64,000 nt of DNA, from positions 6,569,186 through 6,633,185 of the forward strand of contig CM082589.2 in the NCBI GenBank assembly GCA_040954595.2, read 5' to 3'. The notes under the pieces are model-generated. The model was not told where the DNA came from. It was given only the letters and a program-made list of their open reading frames with translations, and searched no databases. The stretch comes from Balanoglossus misakiensis (taxonomy: Eukaryota > Animalia > Hemichordata). The position numbers and the translations under genes were made by a program. This document shows, one piece after another, positions 10,639-26,273 of the stretch (position 1 is its first letter; each line of letters opens with the position of its first letter).

Positions 10639-13600
10639 TCAATATTGATCCAGCTCAAAGTATTCATATCCTTTGTCATGGACAAAGTCACCTTCTTCCT
10701 CGACTTGTATAGTGTCGCTCAATTCACATAGATACTTTCCACCGGAAGTACGTTTCATGTTCAGGGATACACATCCTTGTGTTGCCACACAACGTGATGT
10801 ACACTCCAGTGCGTTTCGCTCAGTTGACGAAGCGATGCCGTGATTGTGGAGAGCGTAGTTCGGTGTGCGCGGATGAACAAACACGGTGAAGTGGCCAGGA
10901 ATCTGATTCTGAAGACTAGCTGAGTGGAGATAAAAACATTTCATATTAACATCATCTTTCTCGACTTTCAAAGAAAATCAGTTAGGCTTTGCAAGCTGTG
11001 ATTAGCAATAAATGAATCGGGATATTTTTTTCTTAGATGTTTCCGTAAGATATGTATTTGGCATTCAAATATAGGTATACAGTGACATTCTATTTATTAT
11101 TTTGAATATGATTCTAAACGTAGTTAACTTAAATATGGCAATACATGAATACGTTGGGATTTATCTCTCAGATGTATGCTATGTTTCCCGAAGATATGCA
11201 TTTGGCATTCAAATACACCTACTCAAACATCTGTAAGTGACTTCCAAATACTTGAAAATTCCTGGACAAGGCTCTTGATCGACATAGTTAGACCAACCAA
11301 CAGGAACATTGCAGGTGGCATGGTTTGTACAAAGACTCCGTACTACCGGTAGTACTCCAGTTGTAAGACAATCAGTTCTGGATGTCATCCCGACGATACC
11401 GGTACGCGATGCACACACTGTGTTACCTAATTGTAATGTAAAACACATGAAGTATGAAACACATGAAATTAAATTTTAGCTCCGTTTCTCTGTCTGTCAC
11501 TATGCTGTTTCTGAAATTTCGTTTTGCAGAATGACTCTAATTATGTTACGCCGATAATGTTACAGAACCATAAAGCAGAAGAGTTACATGACAGAAATTC
11601 AAACTACCAAAGCGAATATCAATTGCAATGAGTGGTAAGCAGACATTATACAGGTCCATAAGTGTTGACTGGTTCAAATGTTCGATCTATATTAAACATT
11701 TAACAAAGAGCTAAATATTTTTAAATATTGATGAGTGATACACGTACACATCCATCAATGCAAGAAAGGGGATAGATGAAGGGTAGCTGTAACGGTGACA
11801 CTCATACTAGCATGGGTTCTTCAGTAATTTTGATAATACCTTCAGTTCTTCCATAGTTGGCATAAATAACTCTGATAAAATACCCATTTGGACAGGACAG
11901 AAACAGGTCATCTTGGTCTTCACATGAAGTTTGTGATATATCACCTTTAGGACGGGTATCTGTAAAAAAATAACATCATATCATATACCGGAAGCCGACG
12001 CAGATTGTGTATGAGTGCACAAAAACATATTCACAAGGAACATAATGGAAACATAATAAAAATTCATGAAACGTACTGATGTCGGCTCAAAAAATGATAT
12101 CCAAACTAATCAAATGTCCATATTCCATGCTTACAAACATACTGTTGCTATGAGTTACTTAAATCTAGATTTATTCTGTACATTATACCGAGTTGTTTTG
12201 GAAAACAAATATATAGGAATTTAATTACAACTTCAGTTGGTGATTTGCCTAAATGCATCTACAGTCTATAGCTACAACATATCAGATATGTGACATTTGA
12301 TGTCAACTTTCCCTTAGTTGAAATATTTTTATTACCTGAACAATTATACACGACACTTAGGTATTTTGAAATGCCTGGGCATTGATCCGTTCCCAGGATC
12401 TTGGCATCAACCTTAATTTTGGAGAGAGAGAAACATTCAATAAGAACATGGTGTTTAGCTTGTGGTTGTACATTCAAAACTCTGGATCAACTGCTGGTTG
12501 ATCTTTCTACTGTTTACTGAAAATATGGGCACAGGTATTTCACGCTGCACAATGAATCGAATATTAAATGTTGGAAATTTTGCCTGTGTTCGACATGTAG
12601 TTGAGAAATTACAGCAATGACCACTGAATTTGGATTTAGTTGGTGCATACGATGTATTGGTAAACAAAGATTGACAAAACTGAAGAAAAGTCTTCATGAT
12701 TACTAGAAGATTGAATTATCTTCCGTTATTTCAGAAGTAAGCATTTCTTGGATTCACTCCATGACATTCCTGGTCAAATTTTCTAGTCATACTTGCCTGT
12801 ACTGTGCAATGATGCTTGCCCTCGCAGTACTCTTTAACGAGGGGCAGAGTGTTCACATTGATGCATGTTGTCACATTTGTATCATACGATTCACTGCCAC
12901 ATAAGCTAGCACTAGTGCGACCATAATTTGCATCTATAATTTTGATGTATTCGCCATCGTTGCAGCCAAACGACAGGACACTCTCATATTCCTCACATGC
13001 ATACACCTCCAATCTATCTGTGTGTTTCAGTTCATCTACAGAGTGAAAAGTAGAAAACATTACAAAAACAATGTTGGTAGTGTCAATTACTCTGTTACTA
13101 AATACTAATGTTGGCTGTTGGGGCTACTCATAGGCTTGATTTACATTCTATGTGACTTGATCACACTGAAACCGACACTTTCAGACCATTACTCATGCTT
13201 GTAACCTTACAAGTCACGATATCTGATATTACATGCATTAATGTTGCAATAATAACATTCCAAAGTTAGCTACTGCAAACCTTTTGTTCCTTAGAACATG
13301 CAAATGCATTATCTTGCATGGGTCCTACAACTTAAAGTTTATAATTCTATATACCGTAGCATGTGAAATCCACTGCTAAGTACTTCTCATCCTGTCCACA
13401 TGACAGTCTTCCTAAGGCAGCACTGTTAACTCCAATACTACAACTGTGTTTGGCATTACACTGATGTTGAATTATGTCCGAGACATCCAATGAAGAGCAG
13501 TTGTTATCTGGGGAAATTATGTTATAATTACATAGTGAAGTGTTATGTAGGGCTAGATAAGATATTAGATGGTGCATGTTGTTGTAGGGGTAAATATATT

Positions 13601-16600
13601 ATTCAGATGGTACTTATTACTGTGGAAGTAAACACAATATAAAGATAGTACTCATTTATGTCAAAATAAATAGTTTGTACTTGAATCTTCGAAAAGAGAA
13701 GCCATGAGATCCCTCACCAATACCTTATACAACTTTACCTTTTGATGCAGAACACATATGTGAATTCATGGATGACACATGGTACATGGCTTTTGTTACA
13801 TTTATAAAATGATTCTCCCCAGTACAGGCAATGGGCAGATTCTCTCCTTCACAACTATAGCCAGATTTGATTGTTGTCCTGGAACCTGAAAGGATAATAT
13901 ATGGTTCATTGATGTGCACATTTTTGAAGGGATGACACCATTAACGTTTGACATGTAGGATTATCCTCTAGTCTAACAATGTAAGAAACAATTAACATGG
14001 TAGCTCTGGATGATTATCCTTTATGTTTATACTAATTGTTCACATTTGTGGTAAGGTAACAAATACATTAAAACATACCTCTAACTTCGGCACGACATGA
14101 GTAAGTGATTGTTAAGTATTTGGATACTCCAATGCATGGATCAGCTAACACGTTTTTGAAGTGGGAAGTGACATTGATAACACACTCTTTTTTGCTGTCA
14201 CATAAGTCCGTCACAATGTTCAGAGGTGCGAGTCCATACTCATCACAGGTAGCATAAGTGTTGAAGCCAGTGATCTCATCTGGGCAAATGTGGCCGCCTT
14301 CACTGCGTCCATAGGTAGCGTTTATCAGATTAATGTAGCCTTGGTTACATGTTATCTCTATGGTTTCCTCTTCACATGCGATGGCAGTCTGTTCGAGCTC
14401 AAGGTCTGTTCAATAAAAGGAGGTAACCTCATCTCAAACTAACATCTTAAACAATGTGATCTATAGCATGGGAAAAACTTTGGCTGTACTGTGTTATTTT
14501 GAGATAGTATATTGATTAACTTTGACAAATTCAATATGAAATAAATATTTGTTCTTGTTTTAACTGTTCAATAATTATATACAATAAATGAACTCCTTGT
14601 TAATTAGCAAAGAGAAACTCGCTATGTTATCTCAATTAGCTCCCAAGGTTTCAGCTTTGTGTATTTTAATTTATAATCAAAATGTCATCAACAAAAGAAG
14701 AAAATTCAATTTACATCTCACCATAGTATACTTGCACTTCACATAGGCTCAGCATACCCCTTGTATGGACACTAACATAGCGCCCTGATAATGGCCTCAG
14801 GCAATACACTTCAATGAGACTACTTGTGATGTTGATCACATCGCACAGTGCATTCTGAGATACGTTAATATGACCACCAACCCTGACTGAGGAACCAACT
14901 AGATATTCAGCTGCAGGTAAAAAGATATCTTCATAAATCTAGTTTCAAAAGAGTAGTATATTTGAATTGAAGTTGGCGAATATTGACATTTGTTGAATAT
15001 TGACAAAATATCACTGCAAAACTGGGAAAGTTTTCATGACATGTAGTATATATGTCTCTCTTATCATAGGATGCCTAAATATATTTAGCAAAAGTGTAAC
15101 TGGTGGAAATATTCGTTTAATTCTTGCAACATCTTACCACAACAATCATCAGCATTACTGATGGTTACTCTGGTCACATCGAAGTTGAAACCAAGATCAA
15201 CCATCCACCACTGTTCGTCATCTGATGTCTCATTTGTGTGGTTGGTCAATAAACATAAATCATGCTGCCATATTGATGGTGATACACCATCTACGCTTAC
15301 GGACAGATCATTCTGGTCTGTTGATGGCAAGTTCACGGTTGCTTGTCTGTACAAAGCCAAATTTCCACCTTTAAACATACAAAAATCAAAAGATGGGACT
15401 TATTAAGGGGCTTCAGGTTATTATCCAGGCAGCAAACATTTAATGCAACAATGTAAAACCAGGGATTATGCAGAGTAAAAGTTCTATTTTTCGTGCAAAA
15501 AAAGTTATTCCACATTTGAAACTATCATTGCAAGTACTTACCAAATGATTCACAACTGTAGGAGATATCAATATATTTTACAACCGTCGGACAGGGATCA
15601 GATACAACTTCGTAGAATAAAGTATTCATCTTGCATGTGCGCTTGTCATCACAATTCTTTTGGATGATTGTTAAGAAAGTGCCATCATCACCAACAGTAC
15701 AGTTACCATCCTTTCCTGATTGCCAAAGCTTACTGCTGCAAAGACCTTATATGTACAAAAAGACAATATCACTAAAATATCCGTGTGGTCCAAAAGCAGA
15801 AATACATCATTTCCTTTTCATCGTATAAGGCGAGAGGAGACACATTTTTGCTGCAGTAACCTACACATGAGTTCTGTGTTCTTCTGGGACTGGAAAACAA
15901 TTCGCTGCATTATTGACATACTCACGTTTCTCTGATCTTCCATAAGCAGCACTGTGTGTCTTTACATAATGATTTTCCTGACATCCAAATTCAATAGTTT
16001 CATTATCACATCCAATCACGCGATGAATCTGATGAACTTGGAGATCATCTGTAGTTTGAGAAGAGAATATCACAAAAAATTATATACCTAATTAAATGAA
16101 CCTCATGCAGACAGGGGTCAGCTGGCGGCTGTTAATTTAAATATCATAAAACAAATTAATATAGTTGTGGACGATGCATTGTTTTACTGTGTACTGACAA
16201 ACTGACGAAATGGCATGGTACTACTTAAAGTATTATCAAACCAAATCCAGTAAATTGAAATCAATAAGATCACATTAAAAAGGACATGTTAAATCTGAGG
16301 TGTAAAGGTTTTCTATGATACAACCATGCATGTGGCACAAATTTAAAATAATTGCATGCTCTGGCTATCCGTCTCGAACATAACCTTTCACATGCTGTTT
16401 TCCCAAGCTTGGATACATTGGCACTTACTTGTGCATGTGTAGGACACATTTAAATATTTGGACATGCTGCTACAAGATGTTGACATGTAACTGTCGACAG
16501 TATGGAAGAATGCTTCTGAAACTTCAAGCTCACATTTCTGTTTATTTCCACATTGCAAGGACAATTGTTCCAGCAATGCCTGTTCGTCGTAAGTACAATC

Positions 16601-19600
16601 TATGAAGAGACAAGAGTAACAAAATACTTGTTTTGAGAACTTGGCACAAGTGATAGTGAATGATATAAAGAATCAGAAACATGGAACATTGGAATGACCC
16701 ACATCTATGATTTCATGAGTGCCAAAGTCTTGGAAATTTTCTTTGACGGTCTCTTACAGATATCTCATTACTGTGAAGATGTGGAAATACTAGCTTGTGT
16801 ACCAAACTTTTGTAACTCCTATCACAACATGATGTGCACTACTCACCTGTTGCATAGTAATCATCAGGAATGATGCATACATCATTGTGATCTCTTCCAT
16901 AGAACGCACTTGTGAATTCTATGTATAATCCATAAGGGCAGTTAAACTGTATGACATCACCTTCACACCCAAGGACACCACCTACACTATAGGTTGGAAT
17001 ACCTGAAGTACAAAGTTTATAAATCCTTTATAAAAACGTTTCTTGTTCTTCCCAGGCAAAGGGGTTATCAAGATTAGCAACCTGGATCACTCTAAAACCC
17101 TGTAAAATGAATTGTTTTCAAATGTATGTAGTTTCAAACTGCAATCTCTAAAATGACTACTTACACTCCCAAGGATTTATATCTACAAGTGTGTATAACT
17201 GCTTTCTATTTTGACCTAGAGATTGATACATACATGGCGGGCGGCACATGTGTGGTAGGATGGGTCATTTGAAAACATTTTGTATGAACCCTAAATAGGT
17301 AAGCAGTGTAACCACTAACCTTTCTCCTGGTAAAAAGACTCTGTTACGAGGCCACTCTCTGAATCTCCGAGAATACATGTATAGTTACCCCGGTCATCCA
17401 ACAAGGGCCAGAAGTAGATGGTTGAAGTGGTAACATAAGCAGAAGTATTCTGATTGTGAATCATGACATTATTTGGAAGTGTGAACGGTAGACCATCCTT
17501 CTCCCAGCGGATGACAGGCCTTGGAATACCCACTGCTATGCACTCAAGTGTGCCGTTCCAGTTGTAGTGGTTGATACTGGTATTTCCAAGAAACTGGATG
17601 AAATAATCGCCCACTATAGAAGAAACAATGACCACCATTATTATTATTTTCAATGTGCTGTACAAATAATCCTCTATTTTTTATATCTACTTAACCAATT
17701 ATTTAAGCCAAACTTGTTTTATTTAAATTTCCCAGGATTTACGTAGATGTTTACATACTACATGTATGATTTACATATGTCAATAATATACATGTCTGTG
17801 CCTTTCCCCAAATCTTTCTTGGGTGAACTTTATAAAGTGTTCCTCATAGGACTTAGAAATGTGCTGTTTAATGTTTTAAGTATTCTGCTCATCAAATATG
17901 TACGGCAACCAGTATATTGTAAATGTGAAAAAAAATGAAGAATGTGTTCACCTGACAAAGAACAGCCATAGAATTCAACTCGTAAGGCAATACTGTTGTT
18001 CCAACTTTCAGGGTTTATGCGAATGAACTGCAACATGACTGGTTCTTTTAGGTCATTAGATACACTGGAAGATTTGTCCGTATTGCCATTGAATATCTAG
18101 GAGACACCAAAAAGTAAAAAAATAATCACTTGTTGTTAGTGGGCATGTTAACTTCCATTTGAACTCAACATGTAAAATACTGCTATTAAACTCACCTTTT
18201 CCTCTCCATTTTCCATGTACACCTGCCAAGGTTCTTCCTGCAGTCTGTGTGACACTTTGTATGCTCTGACCCAGCTCTCGCGAACCGGGTGACCCTGGGT
18301 CACAATGCTCTTTATCCTAGTGACGTCATCAAACTCAAATTGTAGCCACTGCTGATCGTCGGCAACAGATGGCATCCATGCACCGAACATGTTGTCCAGA
18401 CGGGCGTAGTTTTTGAAAGAGTTTCTACTCAGTTTTGTGGAGCTGGCACTAATCTTGGCATCCGAGATGAAACCTTTTTTTAAACCCAAGCTGTGATTAC
18501 ATCCTGCAAAATATTGAAATCAAAAATTTTGTATGAATCTTAAAATGTAATAATACCCAACAACTTGGTAAACCCATCTCTCAGTCTATCATCTCATGAA
18601 CATAAGTAAATTATCTTACCTGTCTGATTGAATGTTCTAACTGTACATACATACTGTACATCAAGATGTTTATAGTAATCTGGACAAGGATCCCCATGGA
18701 ATATCGATGTAAAGACCGGGAATACACAAGAATGGTGTCCATCACACAACGACTCCACCACACTGGTCAAATTTGCAACCGGTAGCCTTTATATTACAAG
18801 AAGATACTATAGTTAGTCACTTTAATATTCGATGAACTACAGATTTAACTCCCAGCACATCTCATAATTAAACCATGCTGAATCGCAGTTTAGCATACTT
18901 AGGCAGTACCAAGATATCTGACAGTTGTCATAGTATGTGCTAGATTTCGTTTGCATTGAAGATGTGTTGACATAGTAATAGGAAATTAACTTATGATTGC
19001 GATAAGCTATACATGTAGTATGACAATAAGGTGTCAAATAAGGTGTTTGATTGGCTAGTTGCATCACAAACTTAATTCCATGAGGGTTTCAGACTTACAT
19101 GCATCCAAGAGTGATATTCGGTTCATTTTGAACACTGTAGCACACAGAGTTGTCAATCATTCTACCATACGATGCCCAGATGATGTCCAGAACTTCATTC
19201 CCATCACACGAGAGTTCCATCATATGATCTTCACACGCTCTTTCATATTTAATATTTGCTAGCAAATAAAGGAGCAAACCTTTTAGCCATACACATTGTA
19301 TGTACCGGTATATTTAGGCTCTCGGGGCATAAATGGATGTTGTGATGATTTCCTTGAATTAAAAGTTATTTATAAATGACGGATGCTCTTAATGACAGAT
19401 GAAGGTATATAAGCTTTTAACGCGAATGTTTTGAGACTATTTGGACACAAATATAATGCAAAAACATTTCTAAACCTAGGCTTCATTTAAAAAAAATAGC
19501 ACTTATAATAGTAATGTATACAGTATTTAATTTTCATGCCAGAACTTACCAGTGCACTGATATTTTATTTCACTGTGAAAGTTTGTAGCATTGCATGGAC

Positions 19601-22600
19601 TTCCAAATGTTGATACGTCAGCAAACACGTCGCAAGAATTGACAGAGTCACACAAGACTAGTTTATCAGTAATGTCACTTGTACAGTTGGTGGTGTTGGC
19701 AGCGCTTGTTTCCGTTAGTGGACAAATACTACTGTCATTAGAATGTCCCCATTCGGCTGACAAAATAGTAATATTATAATTGTCCGGACAATTAAGATGC
19801 ACAACGTCGCCTCTGCAATTTATCTTGGTGACTGACTCTGAAAATTCCAATGGTATGATAAAGCAAAATTAGTTGTGATCTACCTATAACCCAAAGTATT
19901 TTCTTGATTGGAAGGAAACTTAGTAGTTGGTGATAATAACAGATAGTATTGAAACTAGCCCCTACTGAGGATTTATTCACAAAGCTGTGTGGACCTCTGT
20001 TCAGCATGTTTTCATGTGTAGTTCTTGCAGACTTGACAACTCTATTGATACAGTATAAAATTACACAAATGGCGTTAACAATGTCACACACCTGAATTCA
20101 CTTCACAGATATAGCTGAAGTTAGTGCTATCACAATCGACTGCTACCCATTCCCATAATTCGCCAGTTTTGTTCATCACGCTGCATCCACGGTCAGAATT
20201 TCTTGCTAGATAACCACCTCGCCAGTTGGTGTAAGCCACAAATGTACCATCCTCCCATTCAAAGGAGTTGTCGCCATTTGTATCAGCCATGCCAATAGCA
20301 TAAGTGTCAGACAATGTGATTTCTGTCAGGGACAGAACTGATGACTCCTCCCCTCGACTTTCAAATGACACTAAATGTGCACCTGTCAAGAAAACATTCA
20401 TGAAAGGCCATGTTTACACAATTCTGATATTGAACTTAACATTCATTGTACATGCCATTAACATTGAAAGCTACATCAGCTTTAAATAATAGATTTAATA
20501 TGCTGAACTAAATACAAAAATACTGAAACATGAACCTTACCATGACTTTCACAGACAGAATGGGCATTTTGCCAAGTTTCTTTCCTGACGGTGACAAAGA
20601 GATAGCAGGACATTCCATCTGGAATCCAGCCTGCTGGACAATTGTCATGCTCTGTGTAGAGATTGATGGATTAGCATGGAACTTGTTATTAATGTCATTA
20701 ATGGATCCTGGAGAGATAGGTTGTGTGTAAATGATATGCACAATACTGAATCAGCTTTTATGTCAGTGGATATCACTTAAGGGTTAAGTCTTAAAGTATA
20801 CCATCTTCTTAAAGAACCTAAAGAATTACGTTTATCATTTAATACTATTGGTCGGTCCACTCACCAGTACAGGGCCAATCTGACTCACACAAAAGGTAGT
20901 CTGTGTCTTCGCCAGTACACTGTGCTCCGCCATACTGTGGTTCAGGATCATTGCATTGACGTTGACGTGTCTGTACACCACCACCACAGTCTACTGAACA
21001 GTTTGACCAACCAGACCACTGACTCCATAAACCATCAACTACACAAACATATAAACAAGCATAGACAAACAAGTAAATATCCCTTCATTGTAAAATTTGA
21101 TTTAGAGATTTCATTCCAAAAACAATGGTTTACAAGAGAATGTCATTTACTCTGGATAGCATATGCGACTATGTATTGAGTTGCTTGCAATTAATTCAAC
21201 CTAATTTTAAACTTACTTGGACAGTACTGTGTGTTACAAGACTGCGTCTCATTGTGTTCACCAGCACATCCCAGTCCGCCATTTTCAGGTGCTGGTTGGT
21301 CACAATAGCGCATCCGAGTTTGATTTCCGTCATCACACGACACGGTGCAGTCACTCCAAGAACTCCATGTACTCCAAGAACCATTGACTAAAGGGCAGAG
21401 GTCAGTGTCCAGACCACAGTCTACTGTTTCTGTATGCATTCCCAGGCAGTATTCACCACCATGTTGAGGTGATGGGTTATCGCAGCTCCTGTTTCTAACC
21501 ATCACACCACCGACGCGACTCCCGTTGCTTGACAATGAGAAGCACGTCACAGAACATGATGAATTTCGCCATTCACTCCAATTACCATTGACTGAAAAAT
21601 AGTTCAGAAAAGTCTTTGTGATGTTACTTTTTATTACTGTATGGAAAAACAAAACAGAGTTTAACTATACTGCTTATATCAGATTTGCCTTGTCTCACCA
21701 TAGACCCTACATAACATGTGTATACTCATGTTGGTTATTATCTACTTGTCATGAATAACTTTTGCCATAACCAATAGGATTCAAAAAGGTATAGCATTTA
21801 CTTTTACTGACACTCTGTACTGTGAAATCGACAAAGTTGTGATGTACTAGAAAAGAGTTTGATTTATTAAATATCCAACATAGTCCTTGTGCACCAACTG
21901 ACCTTGTGGACATTCTTCCAAATTACACACTTGTGTTTGATTGCTAGCGCCTTCACACGACAGGCCTTCCAATATCGGAGCTGGATCGTTGCACGTGCGT
22001 GACCGTGTCCGAGTTCCATTGCCACAGCTGGAACTACAATCTGTCCAGTTACTCCAGGGTGACCAATCACCATCCGCTGAAACAGTAAAAGAATAGTGTT
22101 GGAGTAAACTGAACTTTACCCAGATGGTCACTTTCTTTGATATGTAAATAACAGTCTAATTATGCATGTATGCGTTATGTAAGCTTGGTGGGGTTTTTCC
22201 GCTCTTGTGGGTGTTCAACTCAGTTCAGACTTGGTCAGTGATGTGTTCATCCACTACACGTGTTGGTGTCAAATAAAGTAAAGTGACTGTACAGAAAACG
22301 AGCTAGCGCTTCCTCTCGTTATATCGCACCGTACGCAATGAACTACCGCACCTCAACAAATAGCCAACACGGTTGATTGGTGTGACATTATTGATCTCAA
22401 CCGCTGTATCTGCACTCTAGGAAATTGTTGAGGTCAGGTGGTGAATCAAGACCATGTGGCCCTTTTCAGTCACACCACATCCTCGAAAAAGAGATCGTTC
22501 TTTAAAAAGTTATTTCCGCGTTTTATCTTACCTCTGACATTCACACAGTGGTTTGTGCTTCAGTTGTTCATGTGTCCCGTGTGCTGCCGGGGGTACCCGC

Positions 22601-25600
22601 CGTCCCGTTCGTCATGCAACATACGCGTTCGCCTGTTTTCATGTTCATGATGTTACACACTTTGCTACTTTCTACAGTCATCGACGTTTCTTAAGTTTCC
22701 TCTGATTAGCTGAATTACAGATACGTGCAATCTCACAGCCAATTATACTGTATGTTGCATAATGCGACAAATAGTGAGCCGCTGTTGCCCCCTCCCTTAC
22801 CTCCAGCATGGGGAGGGGGGGGCAAGATACGAAATTTAAAACTATATGAACTTTGGGCTAGACAAATTCACAATCGAATAAGTGGATCATTGAACACGAA
22901 CCTGAATTGATTTCACAGATGTATCCCGTCGCCTCCGCCCCACCATTAACCCATCCCCACTCTTTATCAATGCCGTCGAATGATAACATAATGCCGGATG
23001 TCGCGTTGCTTGGGTAACCAGACATCCATGGGTACGACATATTTGGCGAAGAAGATTCACCATCAGGGGAATAAACCACCCCGCTTGAAGAATTGTACAG
23101 CATACCAGTCAGAAATGTCAGCGATGTGTCATTCTATTAGATGAAGAAAAACAGGTTTTTTTATTTATAAAAAAACACTAACATTTGCATCAGAGACCAC
23201 AACAGTCAATGCAATCAATTGAAAATCAGACCAGTATTGACCGTGTTGTCTAAAAGCTCCAACCAAATATCATAGGCCTAAGTGGATGACACGCTACCAC
23301 TTTTTCTTTCATTTTGAAAAATAGCAAAGCATTTAAATTTCCGTTTGTTACCTGGATAAACTTCTCGAGATACGCTTGCTCTTCACTGTCGTTTATGTCA
23401 ACTAAATGACCCATGTCATGGCTGCAGTTCGTCATTCCTTCAGATGTGTTGCCATCAAATGAATATCCCACTTTGTAGCAAGTGTGCAAGGCGGGTATGT
23501 AACCAGATGGACAGCTTACTGTATACAAGGATATAACAAAGTCATGTCTCCATTAATTACCAGAACAAATCCTTCGTAAAATTGAAATAGAATAATATTA
23601 ATGTGTTGAAAAAACCAAACAAAATTTCATTGGCGTTAAAAAAAATCTATGATCTACCTGTAAAATCTTCGCACCGGGTACCTTGGTAACCACTGGGACA
23701 GGCGCAAGTGAAGGCGTTGACATGGTCCACGCAAATTCCGCCATTTTCACAAATGATTGTCTCACACTCATCGATTTGGACTTCACAATTGTTACCTGAA
23801 ATAGCAAAAAGTTTGCTTTACGTATGAATGATTGACTTGGCAAAGATTGTGCCAAACTTGGCAATTTTATCTAAAATCATTCAATTTTGTGATAGATAAA
23901 TTGTTAATTTTACACTTGGACCCCTTGCCAGTAATTTCAGGATATTATCACGCATGAAATGCTTGTAACGATAAGCTTTAAGAACAATGATGTCATCTCA
24001 TTACCTTGGTATCCAGCAGAACAGTTACAAGTATACTGACTGACACCATCAATACATCTCCCATTGTTTTGGCAAGGCGATGATTGACACTCGTCCACAT
24101 CCGTTTGACACTGACTTCCCGTATAGCCCGGAAGACAGGTGCAGTTATACTGGCCATTGGCATCCACGTTGTAACAGTTGCCACCATTTGTACAGGGCTT
24201 GCTCCAACAATTATCTGTAATGGACATTGCACGCAGTTTTGGTGTGGAATACCTGTATATACATCGCAGGGATTGGTGACGGTTCAAATTGATGTTAAAA
24301 TCAAGTGTCTCAATCTTTTACAATACGTTAACACCTTGTAAGCATGCAGTTCCTCTGCCACACAATCTTTTTTTTTAAAATCATTCTTTTTCACAAAAAT
24401 CAACAGTTCACGTTTATCGCAATATAAGACAGACTTTTGTCATATGGCAAAAGCCCCCATTAAATATATAATACATGTATTGGGAAAACACTTGTGATGT
24501 GAAAGTGAACGTTAGCCCGAACAGTAGATGGTGCTTCTGGTACATCCTGCCCACTCAAAAGCTATTCACGGGAGGGGGCTGTAAATACGCATTACATAAC
24601 GGAATAACACTTACCAGTACAACCATACACTTCAAGTCTTAAACAGGGGTGTAGGTGATAGTCCTGAATTTGGATGCGCAGGTGCTTGGTTGAAATATCA
24701 GGTGATAGTTGGTTGACAACGGGCGATGCCGAGTCGTTGTTGCCTGTGAACACCTTCAAAGCGTACATTTGAACTCAGGTGCATTTTTTCCGAGATTTGA
24801 ACACATGCGTATTATATTTACTAAGTTTTACCTCAAGGTTTCAAAATAAGGAAAAGTTCACCTGTCATGTGTCACGTGTTTTGCATTTTATGGATAACGT
24901 CAACGTTAACCGTGTATTAGTATGTACGAGTTCTATTCGTCTTCGTTGAAACAGTTAATTTTGTTGAGATTGTGTCGTCAGAATAGTCATTTGGTATTGC
25001 CGAAGGACCGAGTATCACATACCTTTGCGATCCCATAGGCTTCATATTGTACCCATGGTCCATTGCTAGAATTGGAATACTGTATCGTGTATGACGTCAC
25101 GTACGCGTCATACTTTTCATTGCCCTGTGTTGTCACGTGGGTGATGACTTTGCCTTCGTTGAAATCGATCTTGTCAATATGACATAAAAAGCATTCAGAA
25201 GAAAAGAAATTATCATGAGAGCATTGTTGCGATCACACAATATAATTGTTTTTTTATCAAAAACTTAAACAAAGAAATAAAGACTAATTCTAAAAAGCAC
25301 ATTCAATCAAGTTTATCGATTTAGAAATGGTTATACTAATTTATATTTTGCAAACAGTTTGATGAAATGATTATCATAGAATCGACAAGTAAACAAAGCG
25401 ATCGCGGGGTACATTTGTACATGTCGCTGAGTCAGTCAATATTTAAAAGTGGTGGTCTGTGTTTGGTTTGTATTTTAGCCCTGATTGACGCCTGTATTCC
25501 TGAGACCACTGAGCATAGAAACAAAGAAATTGCAATTTGTGTATTCCTTTGGTACGGAAAATATAAACTGTGTTCTTTTACCTGGACGTACTCGTCCTCT

Positions 25601-26273
25601 AAGACAACATCCGATTCTTGAGCACACCAAGATCCATCTGAGTTCAACCGAACGTTGTACTTCGCTATCCCATCAAAGAATGCGTTGAAACTCCCGCCAA
25701 AGTATGAAGACATCGATATGTGCTCATCGACAGATGAATACTCCGTTCCTATTAAGGGCTCGTCGCAAAATGCTAGAAAAGTGGATGAATGGTTCAGAAA
25801 ATTTCGTTCGTACTGCAACAAACTTGTGAATGAACTAATACTAGACGAGGGATAACAATGAAATTACAGAATGCATAAGAAGCAAATTACGGATCGGACT
25901 TTCATTACCAACCTGTGCCAGATCTGATCGCATGGCATAAAATCTGCGAAAGAAAAGCGGAGAGTGGAAAAGGTATAAGTGTTAATAAAATACATTCTGA
26001 CATTCGTTTTCGAATTCTCGGTTCATAAAAATAACATAATTCAACCTAATACTTGATTATTAGCAACGCTTAAGTTCGACAACTGCATTCTTTGTGGTTT
26101 AAAAACATACATGTTTTTCATTCCGGTGTTACTTTCTTCTCATATGATGGCGTTGCTTCTAAACTACAATTAATGATAGACAGTTCTGAAAACAAATTCA
26201 TGTTTGATTTCCACAGACATGTAGAACTTACCATAAAAATCAGAACATGAATCTTGACGGGTGCCGGTGACAT
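10639..26273 (-). CDS. Large secreted mosaic lectin/adhesion protein: SP-FA58C-EGFx3-CTL-TSP1x4-CTL-SUELx2-FA58C-Ig-SUELx2-F-type lectin-SUELx4-PAN (about 30 exons)
   Basis: Signal peptide exons 26273-26232 (MSPAPVKIHVLIFM) and 25943-25913. Discoidin motifs (VTTQG, LRLEVYGC; IVTQG, LRVEFYGC), cbEGF DVDECQSSPCQNNGRC, TSP1 WSxWSxCSxSCG, SUEL A.YGR...DPC..KYL.V.Y.C, F-type WWMVDLG...V.ISN, and terminal PAN exon 10919-10639. No TM segment seen. Confidence 0.8.

Noticed and set aside
11015-11218. Short direct duplication (AAGATATGYATTTGGCATTCAAATA) in the last intron of the lectin gene
   Set aside because: Two degenerate copies of about 60 bp with no TIR, TSD or coding consequence.
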